From contig OZ025722.1 of assembly GCA_964019335.1 (NCBI GenBank), forward strand, positions 1 through 64,000: DNA of 64,000 bases, in the 5' to 3' direction. Position 1 is the first letter of the stretch, and each line of letters starts with the position of its first letter. The DNA is from Diplonema japonicum (taxonomy: Eukaryota > Protista > Euglenozoa: Diplonemea). This document shows positions 1 through 8,890 of this stretch, one piece after another. The notes beneath the pieces were generated by a model. The model worked only from the letters and a program-made list of their open reading frames with translations, had not been told where the DNA came from and made no database searches. The position numbers were made by a program, and so were the translations under genes.

Positions 1-165
1 GCGGGTTTGCGGGTTTGCGGGTTTGCGGGTTTGCGGGTTTGCGGGTTTGCGGGTTTGCGGGTTTGCGGGTTTGCGGGTTTGCGGGTTTGCGGGTTTGCGG
101 GTTTGCGGGTTTGCGGGTTTGCGGGTTTGCGGGTTTGCGGGTTTGCGGGTTTGCGGGTTTGCGGG
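1..165 (+). repeat. (GCGGGTTT)n 8-mer tandem array, telomere-like, G-rich strand pointing into the window
   Basis: 20 perfect GCGGGTTT units plus GCGGG; runs off the window start; a short recurrence lies at 473-491. Confidence 0.95.
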
Positions 166-420
166 TCATCAAGGAGCATCATCATCGACTCCTCCTCTCC
201 GACTGCATACTCGTAGTGGGTGCCGTTGTACGCCAGCACCACCACCTTCTCGTGGTCGGAGTTGTACTCCCCTATCATCAGGACTGGGTTGTTACCCCCA
301 GCAACCACGAGTATCGTGCGGCCAAACGCTTGTGCTGCGGCTGCCAGGCACAAGTGGTCTCCCCACGTCGCCGCTGTGCCCATCCCTTCCAAGTACCGGC
401 CCCAACCCTCGCTGCAAAAC

Positions 421-422
<2 letters not shown>
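166..422 (-). mobile_element. 257-bp duplicate of an internal (OTU-coding) segment of the adjacent retrotransposon
   Basis: Same orientation as 6525-6781, with 5 substitutions by manual alignment. Confidence 0.92.
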
Positions 423-472
<50 letters not shown>

Positions 473-498
473 CGGGTTTGCGGGTTTGGGGTTTTTTT

Positions 499-623
499 AA
501 AAAGGGGGACTTGAGAAAATAAATAAAAAGGGGGACTTGAGAAAATAAATAAAAAGGGGGACTTGAGAAAATAAATAAAAAGGGGGACTTGAGAAAATAA
601 ATAAAAAGGGGGACTTGAGAATG
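499..623. repeat. 26-bp tandem repeat (AAAAAGGGGGACTTGAGAAAATAAAT), about 4.8 copies
   Basis: Units start at 499, 525, 551, 577 and 603; T-tracts lie at 423-472 (T50), 492-498 (T7) and 624-643 (T20). Confidence 0.9.
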
Positions 624-1306
624 TTTTTTTTTTTTTTTTTTTTCTTCAAAAGACACACAAGGCACGATAAATCTTAAGAGAAAATAAAAATATTCCAAAA
701 CAGACAATCAAGTTCCAACCTGGGAGGAAGGCATGGGTTTCTCTTTTTCTTTATGGGAGGGAGAGGGGAAGAAGAAGAAGCAACTCCAAATGATAAAAAT
801 TCAAAAATAAAAATCTCAAAAAAGGCTTAAAAGAAGAAGAGGCAAATTCAAAAACATACTAGGGAGGAATGAGTGGGGCAGGGGGTAAAATTTAGGAGGG
901 GGAAAGAGGGAGAATCAAAAAAGGGGAAAGGGGCAGAGTGACCAATGTCCATGCGAAAAAGCATAGAGCGGGGGAAGAAGAAAATCAAAAACAGGAAAAA
1001 CACATCACCACACAAGAAAAAAGAAAAAAAAAAAAAAACGTCGACCGAGATGGTTCCACTTCAAAAAGAAAAAGAAAAAGAAAAACAGAAAAATAAAAAA
1101 AAAAAAAAAAAAAGAAAAACAAAAAGAAAAAAAAAAAAAAAGGAAAAAAAAAAAAAATCTAAGTGGTTCTATCTAGCCTGGCCGTTGTAGCACCTGTTCC
1201 TATTCTTTTATTTTTCCCTTTTTTTTTTCTCAGAAAAAAAAAAAAAAAAGTTTCACATCTTCCTATGGCGGGGGGGGGGAGAACAGCCCCCCACACCCCC
1301 GCTGGC

Positions 1307-4300
1307 CTATCTGGCCAGCGAGCCTTTGGACCTCTTCTTGTGGGGTATGGGCCCCACCCGTGCCCTCCCCGACTCGAGCTGCAGCCAAGCCACCGCACTG
1401 TTCACCGGGGCCCAGTTCTCCTTGTTGCGCACCTTGACCGTGTCCCGCACCAGGTCGTCGCTCCCCAGCTCTTCCATCAACCTGTGCTCCGCCAAGAACT
1501 TGAACTGGGGCCCGGTCATCCCCTTGAGCTCACCCCTGCATATGTTGGCTTCGACCACGGTGCCATCCGCCCCCGTACCCTTCAGATAGATGTAGCCACC
1601 CTCCACACAATCCGAGTCAGTACTGGCCGATCGGGCCCGGGCCCGCTTCTTGTCCTTCTTGCTCCACTTCAGCTCTTCCAGGGTGGGGAGGTCCGTGGCA
1701 ACCACCTCAGGCCGCCTCTCCCTGTCTTCCTCCTTCTTCCGGGCCAACAGCCCAAGGTACCTCTCAAAGGAGACGTCCTCGAACAACCCCGGGACCGTCA
1801 CCACCGCTGACTGCAGGTCGACCTCTTCAACACCCATCTTCCGCAGATGGTCCTGGACAGTGCGCCTCGTCTCCTTCTCGCAGGGCCCCCTCCCCTCGTA
1901 GACGTCGAGGGTGACCTTCCTTCCATCCCTCACCCACGCCTTCACTTTGATCAGGTCCTTGACCTTTCCCACTGGGGCCCTTATCCTTGCGTCGCACCTC
2001 TCCAAGAACTCACGTAGTGTCACCTTGGTAGCGCCGGCTCCCGCCGCAATGCCCACTACCCCTTCCTTCCCCGGTGTCGGGTGGTGTCTGCACCCCCGGG
2101 TCTGCAACTTGACCACCCTCCATGCCGTTTCCAGAGTCCCCTTGAGCACGCCACCCTTGAAACGAACAGGTTGCACCGCCGAACACCCACACGCGTACGT
2201 GATCTGGAAATCCTGGACCGTCCTCGGGAACTCGAACTCGCGGTATGTTTCCGACTTCTGCACCTCACAACCCACAATGCGGCTGCGGCGCTCTCCGTCC
2301 GACCCACCTTCCAAGCTTGCGAAGTACTGCTTTACCATCATGTATCCAAGTCCAGCGATACCAATCTGGCCAGCCATAGCCACCTCCAGTGGAACACCCA
2401 GCGACTCGGCCTTCGCAAGAAGCATCTCCTCAGTCCTCTCCCTTCCAGGGTCCGTTCCTTCTTCAAGGATGATCTCCACCCGGCCCTCGAACTGGATGAT
2501 GAACTTGAGCAGTCGGTCCCCCGGCCTCGCCCTCAGTGGCACCATCGCTCTCGGAATTGGGATGCCCATCACCACATCAATCGGGTCAAGCTGAACGAAG
2601 TCTCCCCCTACTTCCACCTGCTGTTCCCTTTCCGGTGCCCCGACTCCCATCAGCTGATCTCCCTCCGGCGTCTGGATCCCACCCCTAGGTGTGTCAGGCC
2701 CCGACTGGCTGCCTCCGCTCGGTGCGTTCCCGCCCTCTTTGGTCCCTTCGGGGGCGTCATCCGCCTGCGGCTTCAGAGTCCTCCCACCGCCCTGTCTCTT
2801 CGCAGCTTGTTCCCTACAGAATTCGCTCACGGTCATCTTCCTCGTAGCAGTTGTCGCACTCTGGTCCCCCTTGTTCGAGTCCCTCTGGGCCTCCGTATCC
2901 CCCTTAGGACACTGGTCCAAGGTCTGGTTCACCGCAGCGTCAGTCGCCCCTTGTCTCTTCCCATCTTCCTGGGCCTTCGGGTCAAGCTCCCCTCCCTGCC
3001 CAGCCCTCTCGCTGGATCCTGTTCCGACCATCTCCGTGTCTTCTCCTCCCGGCGAGGCTGCTTCGAGTCCTGCTCCCGCTTTCCCTTGTGTTCCACCCTC
3101 CACCGGTTCCGCCTTTCGCTGCTGCTGCATTCGGGCGTCCAGGTCCTTCTTCGTCTGCTCCAGAAGGGCATCCAGCTGGTGGGCCACCGTGATTGGGGGT
3201 CCGCCTCCCTGTCCCTTCACTTCCCTCTCGGACGACTCCTCAGCTTCGGTGGTTTTTTCATTGCCGAAGGAGTCCTCTGTGAGGTCAGTGTTGGATTCAG
3301 TGTTGGGTTCGTTGTTCGCTTCCTCGTTGTCCTTTTTTTCCTCTTCGCCGTCCGGTACCGGGGGCCCTGGATCCAACTGTACAGGCCCTTTGACTAACAG
3401 CGCCCCTGCTATCGATCTCATCATGGCCGTTGACACCTCTTGGACCACACGCCTGTGTATCGAGACTCTGTCCCCGTGAGCCCGCGCAGCTATGCTCCTG
3501 GACAGTTTCTTCGTGAGGTAGACTGCTGCCTCCCCGAACCCCCCAAAGGTCTCCATCGCGAAAGGTACAAAGGCCACGCGTGTCTTGGCGAGCTCCGCCT
3601 CATACTTCTGGCGCTTGTAGTGTTCCGCCTTCGCCGCTGCGTATCCCGCAGTCTTCGCCGCCTGGTTGACACAAGACTCGTTCCTCGGGTGCACGATGAC
3701 CACGTCCATAGCCATTGGGCGGGAACCCCCCACCCCACCTGGGAAGAACACGTCCGCCGGGCGCTGGGACGACCCCGGGATCAGCCCCGTCTTCTCCATC
3801 GTTGCGCTCACCCCGGCCCACTGACAGTGTCTGTGGATGGTCTCCTTCACCCGGTCGTGCCTCGCAATCCTGGCGTTGCCGCATCCCTGGGCATGGTCAC
3901 CCCATACGTCCATCCCCTCAGTCTTGCACCTCGGGTCGTGGCAGCTCTCACCCTGCTTGTAGACCGGAGCCCCCAACCACCACTTGATCAGAGCCCCAAA
4001 CTCGTTGTCCGACAGCTGGTTGTAGAAGTCAGGCGTCGCCGTCAACCACGCTCCCGCATAGTGCATTGACTCCGACATCAACCTCGCTCTCGAGCGTGCA
4101 TCTGCTTTCGCCAAGAGGTCCTCCAGCGCCTTCTCATCAAGCACCCTAGAGAGCCACCTCTGGCTGCAGATGTGGGGGGCCTTGGCCACCATGTCGGGTG
4201 TAATCTGCATGCCGCCCTTCGTCCTGTTGAACCACTCGAGCCAGCTCCCCCATACACCCCCTTCCAGCCCATGTTCGTATTTGGGATCCAGCTCCTTGCA

Positions 4301-7300
4301 CAGCTTCATCGTCGACGCCCTCGAAGCCATGTTGGCCGCGCGCAGGTGCTCCTGGCAGCTCCTCATCCCAAGCCCACCGACTTTTACGGACAGTTTCGCC
4401 TGCTGCCATTCTTTCGACCCGTTCTCGAACTGCATGCCGCACACCTTCGACATCGTCTTCCGCACCATCTCGTCGAACCTGTGCATGACCCCTCCCACAT
4501 GCGAGTCTGGGACCACTCTCATGTAAAACACCAGTTTGCTGTATGAGCTGCAATACCGGAGAAGTGTGTACCCTGTCTGCCTCCCCACCTTGGTCAGCAT
4601 GTCGAAGTTCTCTTCCAGCGCGTCCAAGCGTTTGTTCAGAAAGGCTTGCGTGTACTCCGGCGATCCTATCGGCGCCCCCAGGAGCATGAAGTTCCTCTCT
4701 TTGTGGAAATTCTCTTCTGTCAGGCCATCGAAGCCTGTGTCCTCCACTGTCTGGGGGAGGTCGCCACTAACCCATATGAGCTCGCACTTCTGGGGTTTCA
4801 CTTTCAGCCCTATCATTCCGCTCAGCTCACACAAGATGTTGTACGCCTTTCTCACTTCATCCACATTCCCCACAAGGACGCCATCGTCCAGGTAGAACTG
4901 GAGGATGTCCAGGTTGCAGTCTTCACTTATCTTGTTCACCAGGGGTTGGATGGCCAGAGAGAACAGCAGCGGTCCCATCGGGTCCCCCTGTTGCACCCCT
5001 TCCTGGGACTTAATCACCTTTCCGTTGTAGTATAATTGGGAGGGCACCCTGTAGCACCAATCGGCCCACGCATACAGCCCCGACGCTTGCTCATAGGCCT
5101 GTGAGCACAGCTGCCTCCGACAAACACTGTTGAAGGCGTTGGCGTAGTCGATCTTGAGGATCACCTTGTTTTCCTGCTTGTTGCCCCGTTCCCTGTCCAC
5201 ATACTGCCTGATGGTGTGTATAGCCGCCTCCATTCCAGCAGGGACCGATACCCCCACCTGGCCGCCTTTCTTCAGGTACGAAGAGGCCACTTCCGGAGCG
5301 ATCTTCTTCACAAGGGATTTCCCCACCAGCCGACGCAGCACATCCCCAACGGCTATGGGCCGCACGTCCCTGTCGTTCTTCTTGAGGGCCACAAGGTTCG
5401 CCCCTGCCATCAGCGGAGCCACCTCCCTAGGGGCCGTGCCTCTAGCTAATGCGTTGACTGCCCTCGTCACCGACATCAAACAGCCTTGAGACTCAAAAGC
5501 TCCGTCCACCGCGTCCTTGATGTGCTGGGCTCTCAGACCAGTCGGTCCCGCAGCAGTCCCCCTCGGGAAGTCCCTGATTGCGTCCAGCACTTCTTCTGGC
5601 AAGACTTCTACCGCTTCCTTCGTCTTCGCCGGGTTGTCCCATTGGGGGTGTAGTGGCTCTGGATGTTTGCTCTGCAGCGCTCTCCAGCAATCCTCATTGT
5701 CTTCCGCCAGCCCCTGGGCTACAAGCGCCGCGTTTCCTGCCGAGAACCTCCCTTTGCTGCACAGTTCCGTGGCCCTGGCGACCTTAGAGACCTCGTCGTT
5801 CTTAGGTTCCCCCTTCTCACCTGATTCCAGCTTATTCCAGAGGGCCATGTAATTTCCCTTCTCCCACTCCTCCAATCTGGCCTGGACACTCAGCTCCGTC
5901 TCCTTGTCCCGCTTCTTCCCTCCCCTCTTCTTCCACAGGCAGGCTTTGGGGAGCATCGCCACCAGCAGCCAAGCCTCCTCTGTGTTGTCCTTCACCGCCC
6001 GGCCCAGAGTGTGCTTAAGGGTAAGCCCCCACAGTCTTTGAAGGCTCGTCGGGATCGACCCCATGGTCGTGACGTTCATGGCGGCTATGGCTTCCAGGCT
6101 GGGTAACTCGGTCCTCGTCGGGGCCGGCGGGGGGGTCGTGTATTCCCCTTCCCTTCGCACCGCCTTTTTGCACTCGTCGTGGCACCCCTGACCCTTCCAC
6201 ACACAGCCCCTGCACACCAGGCACCTCTCGAGGTCCAGTCTCCTCAGAACGCTCTCCGGGATCTCATCACTCTCCAGGTGCCCATCCAGGTGACACTTCC
6301 ATACCCTTGTCGAGTTGAACGGGGTCGTGCTTTTGCACTTCGACCTAGCGCAGTTCGCCACCGGACAGTACAGGAATTGCTGGTTCCTTGCCCCCATCTG
6401 GTCCAACACCCCTGCCTTCCCGTATCCAGGGATCGCACGGTCTATTATGTCCCACTCCCCGATGTCCTCACCCGGGGCCTCGGAGGGTTGCTTACCTGCC
6501 TTTTGTAGAGCTACCGATTGGGACTCATCAAGGAGCATCATCATCGACTCCTCCTCTCCGACTGCATACTCGTAGTGGTTGCCGTTGTACGCCAGCACCA
6601 CCACCTTCTCGTGGTCGGAGTTGTACTCCCCTATCATCAGGACTGGGTTGTTCCCCCCAGCAACCACGAGTATCGTGCGGCCAAACGCTTGTGCTGCGGC
6701 TGCCAGGCACAAGTGGTCTCCCCACGTCGCTGCTGTGCCCATCCCTTCCAAGTACCGGTCCCAACCCTCACTGCAAAACGGGGCATAGTGCTCCTCCCGG
6801 TGTTTCATCCATTCTACAACCTCGCTCCTGATGTGGGTGTGGTCGCCGTAGGCTTCCCCGAGCGAACCGGCCAGGGCGTGGAACATGCAGTTCCCGTCCT
6901 TCTCCGTCGATCTCCTCGTCAGCTTGAAGCTCTTCATGATCTCGTCCACTGACTTGCCGGCCCTGGGTTGTTTGTCGGGGTTCCACAGATTCCGCTGCCT
7001 GTGTAGTGCACAGTGCGTCTGGTTCGACGAGCACGCCGCAGCACACGTTCCACAGAGGTTCACCTTCATGCTCCTCGCCTGCTCTTGTTTCACAAAATGA
7101 TGGTGGACCGCATTGAGGTGTTTAACTAGACAGCTTGCCACACTGGTGCGGAAAGAGCAGTCTTCCATCCGGCATTGATGTTTGTCTGATCCTTCTTTTT
7201 CCCCCTCCTTCTGCGCCTCCATGTGCTCATCATCCAAATCCATGGGGGGAGGGTCACCACCTCCTTGCAACGCGTCCCCTGCCAGCGTCAAGTCCGCAAA

Positions 7301-8179
7301 GGGGTCCAGGTGTTCGGCCTGAAAGAGCTTATCCTCCGTCTCAGCTCGTTCCTTCGCCGCTTGCTTGGCGTCCTCCTTCTTTTTTCTGCGTCTTGAGCTT
7401 CTAGGCGGGCCCAAGTACACCGGCCGGTAGTGACCTCTCGATCCGCGTCTTGTCTTCTTCAGCTTTACCGGTCCGAATCTCTGGGTCGGGCCAGCACCAG
7501 CTTTCCCCACCATCACTTCCACCATGGCCCAGAGCGACATCAGCCCCCCTATCCAAACTGAAGTGCTTCCCACCAGAGTGCCCCCTACCGCTAGCCAAGC
7601 GAGCTCCCCGGCGGACCATTCATCCCCTCGGGGCCCCACCTGTACCCTTGACCTGTGGGTGGTCCTCCTGTCGCTCCCCGGCCTCTTCCACAACACTGCC
7701 GCATGCAGGAAGGAGGGGGCCATCCCGATGCCCGCCCCCAGCACCTGCCTCACCCCTGGGATCAGCAAGAGGGAGACGGCGACCCAGGCCCACGCCCCCA
7801 GGTGCTCCCATCTCACCCCTTCCTTGCTGTGTCCCGTCCGTCTGCGGTGCCTCCTTGTGCCGGTTGCAGCCCCAGGTGCCGGGATTCTGGGTGCCAGGGG
7901 TTGGGCTCCAGGCGTTCCCACCTCGGTCCGCTTCAGCCCCATTGCAGGGTCATCTGGCTTCTGTTCCAGGGCGGCCTCGTGTTCCTCTCTGCGGGCCCTC
8001 CTCCTCCTCCCTTCTTTCCTCGCACGACGGTGCCTTTTCTTCTCCTGTCTGGCAGCCTCCCTCGCCCCCTCCCTCGCCTTGGTCCTCTTCTCCCGACGCC
8101 TCTGAAGGGCCGTTTCGCTCCTGTGCCTCCTCCTGTTCTTCTTCCGCTTGGGCGCTGGCTTAGGTTCCCTGCCACCCAT
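1307..8179 (-). CDS. Retrotransposon polyprotein: C2H2 zinc fingers, OTU cysteine protease, reverse transcriptase, restriction-like endonuclease, long C-terminal extension
   Basis: Uninterrupted ORF (GTG 8263, first ATG 8179). OTU: DGNCMFHAL...WGDHLCL...NHYE. RT: GPTGLR, RPIAVGD, KIDYANAFNS, GVQQGDPMGP, FYLDD, GGLG. RLE: CHDPRC...HAQGC, RHD, RPAD, MDVVI, KRQKY, PFAMETFGG. Confidence 0.95.
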   Translation of the reverse strand: MGGREPKPAPKRKKNRRRHRSETALQRRREKRTKAREGAREAARQEKKRHRRARKEGRRRRARREEHEAALEQKPDDPAMGLKRTEVGTPGAQPLAPRIPAPGAATGTRRHRRRTGHSKEGVRWEHLGAWAWVAVSLLLIPGVRQVLGAGIGMAPSFLHAAVLWKRPGSDRRTTHRSRVQVGPRGDEWSAGELAWLAVGGTLVGSTSVWIGGLMSLWAMVEVMVGKAGAGPTQRFGPVKLKKTRRGSRGHYRPVYLGPPRSSRRRKKKEDAKQAAKERAETEDKLFQAEHLDPFADLTLAGDALQGGGDPPPMDLDDEHMEAQKEGEKEGSDKHQCRMEDCSFRTSVASCLVKHLNAVHHHFVKQEQARSMKVNLCGTCAAACSSNQTHCALHRQRNLWNPDKQPRAGKSVDEIMKSFKLTRRSTEKDGNCMFHALAGSLGEAYGDHTHIRSEVVEWMKHREEHYAPFCSEGWDRYLEGMGTAATWGDHLCLAAAAQAFGRTILVVAGGNNPVLMIGEYNSDHEKVVVLAYNGNHYEYAVGEEESMMMLLDESQSVALQKAGKQPSEAPGEDIGEWDIIDRAIPGYGKAGVLDQMGARNQQFLYCPVANCARSKCKSTTPFNSTRVWKCHLDGHLESDEIPESVLRRLDLERCLVCRGCVWKGQGCHDECKKAVRREGEYTTPPPAPTRTELPSLEAIAAMNVTTMGSIPTSLQRLWGLTLKHTLGRAVKDNTEEAWLLVAMLPKACLWKKRGGKKRDKETELSVQARLEEWEKGNYMALWNKLESGEKGEPKNDEVSKVARATELCSKGRFSAGNAALVAQGLAEDNEDCWRALQSKHPEPLHPQWDNPAKTKEAVEVLPEEVLDAIRDFPRGTAAGPTGLRAQHIKDAVDGAFESQGCLMSVTRAVNALARGTAPREVAPLMAGANLVALKKNDRDVRPIAVGDVLRRLVGKSLVKKIAPEVASSYLKKGGQVGVSVPAGMEAAIHTIRQYVDRERGNKQENKVILKIDYANAFNSVCRRQLCSQAYEQASGLYAWADWCYRVPSQLYYNGKVIKSQEGVQQGDPMGPLLFSLAIQPLVNKISEDCNLDILQFYLDDGVLVGNVDEVRKAYNILCELSGMIGLKVKPQKCELIWVSGDLPQTVEDTGFDGLTEENFHKERNFMLLGAPIGSPEYTQAFLNKRLDALEENFDMLTKVGRQTGYTLLRYCSSYSKLVFYMRVVPDSHVGGVMHRFDEMVRKTMSKVCGMQFENGSKEWQQAKLSVKVGGLGMRSCQEHLRAANMASRASTMKLCKELDPKYEHGLEGGVWGSWLEWFNRTKGGMQITPDMVAKAPHICSQRWLSRVLDEKALEDLLAKADARSRARLMSESMHYAGAWLTATPDFYNQLSDNEFGALIKWWLGAPVYKQGESCHDPRCKTEGMDVWGDHAQGCGNARIARHDRVKETIHRHCQWAGVSATMEKTGLIPGSSQRPADVFFPGGVGGSRPMAMDVVIVHPRNESCVNQAAKTAGYAAAKAEHYKRQKYEAELAKTRVAFVPFAMETFGGFGEAAVYLTKKLSRSIAARAHGDRVSIHRRVVQEVSTAMMRSIAGALLVKGPVQLDPGPPVPDGEEEKKDNEEANNEPNTESNTDLTEDSFGNEKTTEAEESSEREVKGQGGGPPITVAHQLDALLEQTKKDLDARMQQQRKAEPVEGGTQGKAGAGLEAASPGGEDTEMVGTGSSERAGQGGELDPKAQEDGKRQGATDAAVNQTLDQCPKGDTEAQRDSNKGDQSATTATRKMTVSEFCREQAAKRQGGGRTLKPQADDAPEGTKEGGNAPSGGSQSGPDTPRGGIQTPEGDQLMGVGAPEREQQVEVGGDFVQLDPIDVVMGIPIPRAMVPLRARPGDRLLKFIIQFEGRVEIILEEGTDPGRERTEEMLLAKAESLGVPLEVAMAGQIGIAGLGYMMVKQYFASLEGGSDGERRSRIVGCEVQKSETYREFEFPRTVQDFQITYACGCSAVQPVRFKGGVLKGTLETAWRVVKLQTRGCRHHPTPGKEGVVGIAAGAGATKVTLREFLERCDARIRAPVGKVKDLIKVKAWVRDGRKVTLDVYEGRGPCEKETRRTVQDHLRKMGVEEVDLQSAVVTVPGLFEDVSFERYLGLLARKKEEDRERRPEVVATDLPTLEELKWSKKDKKRARARSASTDSDCVEGGYIYLKGTGADGTVVEANICRGELKGMTGPQFKFLAEHRLMEELGSDDLVRDTVKVRNKENWAPVNSAVAWLQLESGRARVGPIPHKKRSKGSLAR

Positions 8180-8399
8180 GGCAATCCAGGGGGCTCTTTT
8201 CTGTCTTCTCACAAGGGTGTGCAGTGGTGCTCTCACGTCGCCCGCAGCCTCCGCCCCAACCACACCTTGGCGGGCGGTGGGGGTGGGTGCTGGGTCCCCC
8301 TGGTTGTTTGAAAAGAAAAAAGGTTCCTCCTTGTTTGTTTTTTTTTTTTTCTTTCCCTTCCACCCTCAAAAAAAGCCCCCGGCCCTTGGGGACCAGGGT

Positions 8400-8870
8400 G
8401 TACACCTCCGTAGAGGGTCCAGAAAAAATGGGGGGCAGAGAGGGAGGGGCACTACCTTCTCTCGGGTGTGCTGTCTCTCCCTCTGCCTTTTTTTCCTCCG
8501 AAGAGGGTCTGTTTTTCACCTCCGTGGAGGGTCCCTCTGGAGAGGGCTCTATAAAAGAAAAAGGGGGGGACGAATGGGGGGGAGGAACACTACCCTCTCT
8601 CGGGAGTGCCACCTCTTCCCCTCTCTCTCTGTTTTCCTCCGAAGAGGGTCTGTTTTTTACCTCCGTGGAGGGTTCCTCTGGAGAGGGCTCTAAAAATGAA
8701 AAAGGGGGGGACAAATGGGGGGGAGGAGCACCACCCTCTCTCGGGAGTGCCACCTCTTCCCCTTTCTCTCTATTTTCCTCCGAAGAGGGTCTGTTTTCCT
8801 CCGAAGAGGGTTCTAAAAAAAAAAAGGGGGCGGGTGGGGCACTATCCTCTCTTGGGAGTGCCACCCCCCC
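8400..8870. repeat. 141-bp imperfect tandem repeats (about 3 copies) inside the retroelement 5' region
   Basis: CCTCCGAAGAGGGTCTG recurs at 8495, 8636 and 8777; an open frame 8160-9026(-) translates the 47-aa unit. Confidence 0.85.
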
Positions 8871-8890
8871 TTGCCCACAAAAAAGGGGAT

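Noticed and set aside
1-165. Ordinary left chromosome telomere
   Set aside because: A left telomere would show the C-rich strand on plus, and the unit differs from the TTAGGG known in euglenozoans; kept only as telomere-like
1-522. ORFs with RVCGFAGL repeats and poly-Phe
   Set aside because: Translations of the 8-mer array and T-tract
499-623. CRISPR array
   Set aside because: No spacers, no cas genes, eukaryotic context
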